A stretch of 64,000 nt of DNA, from contig CAZLQL010000002.1 in the NCBI GenBank assembly GCA_964561875.1, positions 23,613 through 87,612 on the forward strand. Reading direction: 5' to 3'. The translations under genes and the position numbers were made by a program. Under the pieces are notes generated by a model, which was given only the letters and a program-made list of their open reading frames with translations, did no database searches and had not been told where the DNA came from. Within the stretch, counting starts at the first letter, position 1; each line of letters starts with the position of its first letter. Origin of the DNA: an uncultured Candidatus Saccharibacteria bacterium. Lineage in GTDB: Bacteria; Patescibacteriota; Minisyncoccia; Phycocordibacterales; PALSA-1337. This document shows, piece by piece, positions 56,502-64,000 of this stretch.

Positions 56502-57887
56502 CTATTGAAATTTATGCCAGTTTATTAAAAGTCTACCGAACATATTTAACCAATTTTTACATATTTCCATCCTATTTTCATTTGGATCTTTTGTAATGTC
56601 AGACATAAAGTTATCAATATCAGGATTGTTTACACTTTTTGATAGTTCTTCCATATCTTTTCTCCATGCTTCTGCTATTTGTGTATTTGTATTTGATAGG
56701 TGTAATGAATAATTGCTGATTGATTTAAGTATCTTATAACAGTAGTCTTGCATTAATAATTCAAACAATTTAGTAGGCCGATCTGTAATATCGATAAGTT
56801 TTCTACCTATTTCATTGATATTAGCTATTGGGTCAATATTATCTATTCTCATATTTGAAATTATATATGAGATAACCCTATCCATTTTTGTTAGTTCATA
56901 TACACTATTATTACCAACAGGTCTAGAACCTCTAGGTCTTTCATGACCGATAATTATAGGTGAGAAATAAGATACTTTATCTACAAAAGCTTTCCATCTC
57001 AATGTTCCATATACTAGTTCATGACCTCTACCATTAGACATAAATGGTGGTGTGGTATTTCTATTATCTATACCCATAACGGTACATATACACATAATCC
57101 CTTGATATATAGTCTCTGACATTGTCGACCAGACGATTCTTCGAGTATTTTTTATATTTTTATACTCATCTGACGTTATGTTTCCTATTTTATTAAATAC
57201 TTGGGGTAATAACATCAATGGAGTATTTGATTCCATAGGTGAGTCACCGTATATACCCATAAATGTATCTAAAATAGTGTTATTACAAATATAATCCGGA
57301 AAAGTTTTTTCATACAATATGTCTGACACTTTTTTACCTAGTGCTTTTTCATGTATCGATAAAATATCAATTTCAATTGGTTTAAATAAATCTGGAACTT
57401 TTTGGTCTTTATTCAAAAACCATGTTTCAAAGGGATTTTCTATTGTAAAACTAGGTTCAGAATCATCTGGTTTAAGTAGGTTAAAAATGACATCATAATC
57501 TATGGAAATTATAAGCTCACCTTTAGTATTTGCTAATAAATAGTTCTGACTAGATCCTACAGTGTATGCAGAATTTTTATCTCCACAAAATGCATATATA
57601 CAAACGTCTTCTGGTATATTTTTTTCTTTTGAGATTTTTATGGCATATTTTTTTCTGTCTTCTCTATCGATAAACTCAATCTTTCCTTTATATTTATCAA
57701 TAAAACCGCTTGTTATCTCTCTATTTTTATCGGTATATTTCTGTTCACTGCAGTCATCTATAACCATTATTCTTGGGGTTCTGTTGTATTTATTTAGATT
57801 GCTCAATAATCCATTTAAGGCTGATTTAACTGTCTCATTATCATTATAAGCAGGTATACAGACTGTAGTAATTTTTTGATTTTCCAT
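56502..57887 (-). CDS. GT-A/GT2-like glycosyltransferase inserted antisense in the pilin cluster
   Basis: VCIPAYN, MVIDDCS, IISIDYD (DxD). Confidence 0.7.
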   Translation of the reverse strand: MENQKITTVCIPAYNDNETVKSALNGLLSNLNKYNRTPRIMVIDDCSEQKYTDKNREITSGFIDKYKGKIEFIDREDRKKYAIKISKEKNIPEDVCIYAFCGDKNSAYTVGSSQNYLLANTKGELIISIDYDVIFNLLKPDDSEPSFTIENPFETWFLNKDQKVPDLFKPIEIDILSIHEKALGKKVSDILYEKTFPDYICNNTILDTFMGIYGDSPMESNTPLMLLPQVFNKIGNITSDEYKNIKNTRRIVWSTMSETIYQGIMCICTVMGIDNRNTTPPFMSNGRGHELVYGTLRWKAFVDKVSYFSPIIIGHERPRGSRPVGNNSVYELTKMDRVISYIISNMRIDNIDPIANINEIGRKLIDITDRPTKLFELLMQDYCYKILKSISNYSLHLSNTNTQIAEAWRKDMEELSKSVNNPDIDNFMSDITKDPNENRMEICKNWLNMFGRLLINWHKFQ

Positions 57888-57957
57888 TTCTATATTATAT
57901 CTATATTTATTCGATTATAAAGATGCTCTTTATCTATTTATCTGTTAAAATATACAT

Positions 57958-58422
57958 ATGAAAATATCTTTTAAACATGGTTTTACTTTGATAGAGCTTA
58001 TGGTGGTTATGGCTATTATTGCGATACTTACAGCAGTAGTACTTTCAAATATTGGTCAGTCGAAGATGAAAGCACGTGACGGCAAAAGGGTGTCAGATCT
58101 AGCTCAGATACAGCTTGCTTTGGAATTGTATTTTGATAGATGTAATGCATACCCTGGAAGTTTGGATTTAACAAATTCAAATACTACATGTGCAACAAAT
58201 TCAAATATTAAATTGGGTAATTATATAACTGCAATTCCTACAGATCCTATAACAAAGGTTATGTATGATTATTCTGGATCAGGCAATCCTGTGGTTGACT
58301 ATGTTCTGAGATCAAAACTGGAGACAAGTAATCAGTCACTTAGTGACGATGTTGATGGTACACAACTCACTCTAGATTGTTCTGATTCACCAAATTATTA
58401 CTATTGTGTAAAGCCAAAGTAA
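57958..58422 (+). CDS. Type IV pilin/pseudopilin (GspG-like)
   Basis: G-FTLIEL, KARDGKRVSDL..LELY, PTDP. Confidence 0.9.
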   Translation: MKISFKHGFTLIELMVVMAIIAILTAVVLSNIGQSKMKARDGKRVSDLAQIQLALELYFDRCNAYPGSLDLTNSNTTCATNSNIKLGNYITAIPTDPITKVMYDYSGSGNPVVDYVLRSKLETSNQSLSDDVDGTQLTLDCSDSPNYYYCVKPK

Positions 58423-59216
58423 TGAATGTTTTATTTTTAGTATTTTCTTTTATACTTGGTACTCTTATTGGAAGTTTTTTAAATGTTGTATCGTTGAGGT
58501 TTAATACGGGTATGACTCTAGGTGGAAGGTCAAAGTGTTTTTCTTGTGGCAAAACACTTACTTGGAGCGAACTTATACCTGTATTTAGTTTCTTATTTCA
58601 GAGAGGTTCATGTAAAAAGTGTAAATCCAAGATTTCTTGGCAATATCCTATAGTAGAGACAATATCAGGAATAATATTTGTTTTGATTTTTATATATTTT
58701 CCTCCAATCGGTGTGTATGAAAGTATAAATACTATATTTTATTTGCTTATAACTTGTATACTTCTTGTTATAACTGTTTATGATATAAAACATAAGATCA
58801 TACCTGATTCTTTATCTTATAGTTTTGCAATTATTGCTTTTATCCATATGTTTATATCAAAAGATCTAACATTTACGATGCCACCAATATACGATATCTT
58901 AGCAGGACCTATTATTGCTTCACCCTTCGTATTTTTATGGGTTATTTCTAAAGGTAAATGGCTTGGACTCGGTGATGCAAAACTTGTTTTAGGTATAGGT
59001 TTTACATTGGGACTTTTTGCTTCTATATCTAGTCTAATATTATCGTTCTGGATAGGAGCCTTCATTGGTGTTGCGTGGATGCTTTTTGTGGTTAAGAGGT
59101 ATAAGAAAGGTTATGAGGTACCATTTGGACCTTATCTTATTCTTGGAATGTACATCGTTCTTTTTACAAACATTACAATTATCGATATTCCGTCATTAAT
59201 TTCTTTAATTAAATAA
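58422..59216 (+). CDS. pilD: Prepilin peptidase
   Basis: GSFLNVV, CFSC/CKKC zinc motifs, GLGDAKL, PFGPYL. Confidence 0.95.
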   Translation: MNVLFLVFSFILGTLIGSFLNVVSLRFNTGMTLGGRSKCFSCGKTLTWSELIPVFSFLFQRGSCKKCKSKISWQYPIVETISGIIFVLIFIYFPPIGVYESINTIFYLLITCILLVITVYDIKHKIIPDSLSYSFAIIAFIHMFISKDLTFTMPPIYDILAGPIIASPFVFLWVISKGKWLGLGDAKLVLGIGFTLGLFASISSLILSFWIGAFIGVAWMLFVVKRYKKGYEVPFGPYLILGMYIVLFTNITIIDIPSLISLIK

Positions 59217-59217
59217 A

Positions 59218-59838
59218 ATGCAATTAATTAATAAAAATAAAATAACATCATATAAAAAAGGTTTTACTCTGGTTGAACTTGTTATATCTATAGGAATATT
59301 TGCTCTTATGACTAGTGTTTTGCTTGCAAAATACGGTAACTTCAATCAAGGTGTGATACTTACAAATCTTGCTTATGATGTAGCTTTGGCAATAAGAACT
59401 TCACAATCTTACGGTATAAATGTTAAAAGTGCACCAACGGCAAGTGCTAGTTATTCAAATAGTTTTCAATATGGATACGGTATGCATTTTAGTACATTAA
59501 ATGATACGGAGAAAAAAAGAATGACCTTTTTTGTTGATAATTTGCCAGTTGATAAGGTATACAATGATAGTCCTGCGCCTGGAGAAATTATCACAGAATA
59601 TTCAGTTAAAAGGGGGCTTAAAATAAACAAATTGTGTGTAGGTGCAGATCTGGCTAGTTGTGTTGCTGTAACATCTATGGATGTTATGTTTCTACGTCCT
59701 GATCCAAATGCTATAATTACTGCAAATGGTAATGGGGGTACAACATATTCTTATGCTTATATAGAGATATTGTCACCAGATGGTAGTAGTAAAAAGATTG
59801 AAATAAGAAAAACAGGTCAAATAGAAATATCAGATTAA
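59218..59838 (+). CDS. Minor pilin (FimT/GspH-like)
   Basis: KG-FTLVEL. Confidence 0.85.
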   Translation: MQLINKNKITSYKKGFTLVELVISIGIFALMTSVLLAKYGNFNQGVILTNLAYDVALAIRTSQSYGINVKSAPTASASYSNSFQYGYGMHFSTLNDTEKKRMTFFVDNLPVDKVYNDSPAPGEIITEYSVKRGLKINKLCVGADLASCVAVTSMDVMFLRPDPNAIITANGNGGTTYSYAYIEILSPDGSSKKIEIRKTGQIEISD

Positions 59839-59839
59839 A

Positions 59840-60481
59840 ATGTTTTTATTTTTAAATAAAAAAAGTACTTTCAAAAAAGGTTTTACTCTAATAGAGATAA
59901 TAGTTTCTCTAGCTATATTTAGTATTGTTTCAGTTGTGGCAGTCGGGGCACTTCTAAAGATAATTGATGCAAATAAAAAATCCCAATCACTTAAAACGGC
60001 AATAAATAACGTCAGTTTTGCTTTGGAATCAATGTCACGAGAATTAAGAGTTGGGACAAATTATTATTGTACAAAGACTAATTTTAGTTTAGCTAGCGGT
60101 GCATCTTTACCATCAAGATTGGGTTGTTCTGCTGATGTACAGGATTGGATAATTGCATTTTACTCATCAAATACAGTATCGAATGGTTCTGGAGGAAGTT
60201 GCCATCTTGTATATGCTTATCGTTTTGCAAACGGTACCATCGAAAAAGCTGAACAAACAGCATGTTCGGATTCACTCTCAAACTCATCATTTCGTCCAGT
60301 TATATCTAAAGATGTTAAGTTTTCAAAAGCTAGTTTGGCAGTAAATGTTTCAGCATCAGGTTCGTTTGTAGAGAAACAGTCGTATGCACTGATTCATTTG
60401 GTAGGTTATGTTGGAGGAAAAGAAAATGTTCAGACACATTTCGATGTTCAGACTAGCATATCTCAAAGACTTACAGATTAA
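59840..60481 (+). CDS. Minor pilin (PilW/GspJ-like)
   Basis: KG-FTLIEI, MSRELR. Confidence 0.85.
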   Translation: MFLFLNKKSTFKKGFTLIEIIVSLAIFSIVSVVAVGALLKIIDANKKSQSLKTAINNVSFALESMSRELRVGTNYYCTKTNFSLASGASLPSRLGCSADVQDWIIAFYSSNTVSNGSGGSCHLVYAYRFANGTIEKAEQTACSDSLSNSSFRPVISKDVKFSKASLAVNVSASGSFVEKQSYALIHLVGYVGGKENVQTHFDVQTSISQRLTD

Positions 60482-60482
60482 A

Positions 60483-61091
60483 ATGAAAAAAATAAATTTT
60501 AAAAATAGGATATTTGGTTTGTGTTGCTCAAGCAGTAATTCTGGTTTTACAATTGTAGAAACACTTGTTGCAATAACTATACTTATGATAGCTATTGCAG
60601 GTCCACTTACAATTGCTCAGAAGGGTTTATTGGCATCAAGTTATGCGAGAGATCAAATGATTGCATCTTTCCTAGCTCAGGATGGACTAGAGTATGCAAA
60701 AAATGTTAGGGATAATAATCTTAGAAATAGAGATGTTATAGACTGGTTATATGGACTATCTTCATGTACTTCTCACGATCCTTGCAGTATCAATACACTT
60801 GATGGTGATCCCACATCTGATGCAAACGTTCTAGGAGTGGATATTTGTCCATCAGGTTACGATACGAGTTCAAATTATGAATGTCCTCTATATAAAAGTA
60901 GTACAGACAATATAGGTTATACTCCTGATTCATCAAATATAGATAAAACTCAGTTTAATAGAGTATTTTATATCATACCTGATCAATTAAATTCAAATAA
61001 AGCTAGTATGGTAGTAAAAGTTTTTTGGTATAACGGTACTGTGGCAAATGAAGTTACGTATCAAGATGAAATTTATAATATAAGATTATGA
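60483..61091 (+). CDS. Minor pilin (PilV-like)
   Basis: SG-FTIVETLVAI, LAQDGLE. Confidence 0.85.
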   Translation: MKKINFKNRIFGLCCSSSNSGFTIVETLVAITILMIAIAGPLTIAQKGLLASSYARDQMIASFLAQDGLEYAKNVRDNNLRNRDVIDWLYGLSSCTSHDPCSINTLDGDPTSDANVLGVDICPSGYDTSSNYECPLYKSSTDNIGYTPDSSNIDKTQFNRVFYIIPDQLNSNKASMVVKVFWYNGTVANEVTYQDEIYNIRL

Positions 61092-61591
61092 TAAATAAAA
61101 AACGATTAAATATTATATACAGTAGGGGGTATACACTTTTGTTTGCTGTGCTAGTTTCTTCTCTTGTTTTAGTTGTTGGTGTTTCTATACTTACAATAAG
61201 TAAAAAAGAATATCAATTATCAGCTTCTGCCAGAGATTCAACACTTGCTATATATGCAGCAGATGGTGCTCTGGAATGTTTTGCTTATGCAGATCAAGAT
61301 ACAAACCCTGGTGAGTTTCATTCTGATATGGCTTGTGGTGAAGATAGGGGCACAGTGTCTATTTCAAGTACAGATCCGTTACTACACACCCTTTCATTTA
61401 AAGCAAAAATGGGTAAAGGAGCAGATGATAACTCATGTGCCGATCTTTATGTAGAAAAGAGATATGCAAACAATAGATGGTCAACCGTAATACAATCTAG
61501 GGGTTATAGTACTGGTTGGGATAGTAATAATCAGGATTGTGGAAAGACTAGTGCAAAGAAAGTAGAGAGGGCAATTAGACTTTCTTACTAA
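61088..61591 (+). CDS. Minor pilin (PilX/GspK-like, lacks Glu5)
   Basis: RG-YTLLFAVLV, AIYAADGALEC, IQSRG. Confidence 0.8.
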   Translation: MINKKRLNIIYSRGYTLLFAVLVSSLVLVVGVSILTISKKEYQLSASARDSTLAIYAADGALECFAYADQDTNPGEFHSDMACGEDRGTVSISSTDPLLHTLSFKAKMGKGADDNSCADLYVEKRYANNRWSTVIQSRGYSTGWDSNNQDCGKTSAKKVERAIRLSY

Positions 61592-63634
<2,043 letters not shown>

Positions 63635-63666
63635 GTCAATTTTTGTTAGACTTCATTTATAAAATT

Positions 63667-63960
63667 ATGATAACAAAAGCTGAAATAGAGAAATTGGCTG
63701 ATTTGGCTAGAATAAAGGTCACAGAAGATGAAAAAGAATCATTAGCAAATGATATAGGTGCTATTCTCTCGTACGTAGATGAAATCAAGAAAATAAATAT
63801 GGACATCGATGCAAAATCAAATATCGGTGCAGTTTCAAATGTTTCGAGAGAAGATACTGTTATATCATCATCTGAAGAAATGGTGGAAGATATAATAAAA
63901 GAATCTCCAGATAGAGAAGGTGATTTTATAGCTGTTAAAAAGATAATATCTCAAGACTAA
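63667..63960 (+). CDS. gatC: Asp/Glu-tRNA amidotransferase subunit C
   Basis: IEKLADLARI, REDT, FIAVKKII. Confidence 0.92.
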   Translation: MITKAEIEKLADLARIKVTEDEKESLANDIGAILSYVDEIKKINMDIDAKSNIGAVSNVSREDTVISSSEEMVEDIIKESPDREGDFIAVKKIISQD

Positions 63961-63961
63961 T

Positions 63962-64000
63962 ATGATAGATATAAAAAATTTAACAATTAAAAGTGCGCAT
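63962..64000 (+). CDS. gatA: Probable gatA 5' end, truncated by the window edge
   Basis: ATG directly after gatC, MIDIKNLTIKSAH; called on synteny. Confidence 0.6.
   Translation, partial: MIDIKNLTIKSAH

Overview
This is an AT-rich bacterial chromosome segment, most likely from Patescibacteria/CPR (Parcubacteria-like). The assignment is inferred from the missing rpmD (L30) between rpsE and rplO, a type IV pilus locus with no secretin gene, CPR-style secreted proteins and a tRNA-Ile(UAU). The core content is fusA, tuf, the S10-spc ribosomal protein cluster, secY-adk-map-ndk, infC-rpmI-rplT, smpB-ssrA, ftsH, recG, a comF plus pilMNOP/B/T/C/D pilin locus, ligA and gatC/gatA. Accessory content includes surface proteins (peptidoglycan-binding/IPT, G8 beta-helix, gingipain-like), single-gene cassettes, a decayed island downstream of tmRNA (MORC-like ATPase, Panacea toxin-antitoxin pair) and a decayed island at tRNA-Ser. 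Four non-coding signals stand out. (1) At 1-414 there is a CRISPR-like array of 38-nt repeats and 33-nt spacers with no cas gene in view. It is apparently transcribed leftward from its own sigma70 promoter through a ~200-nt structured leader that carries several repeat-complementary segments. (2) A structured element with covarying stems occurs in two copies, one fused to tRNA-Ser and duplicating its 3' end. (3) A very compact 6S RNA lies after ndk. (4) Many genes have a leaderless architecture. All calls are from reading the sequence; no searches were run.
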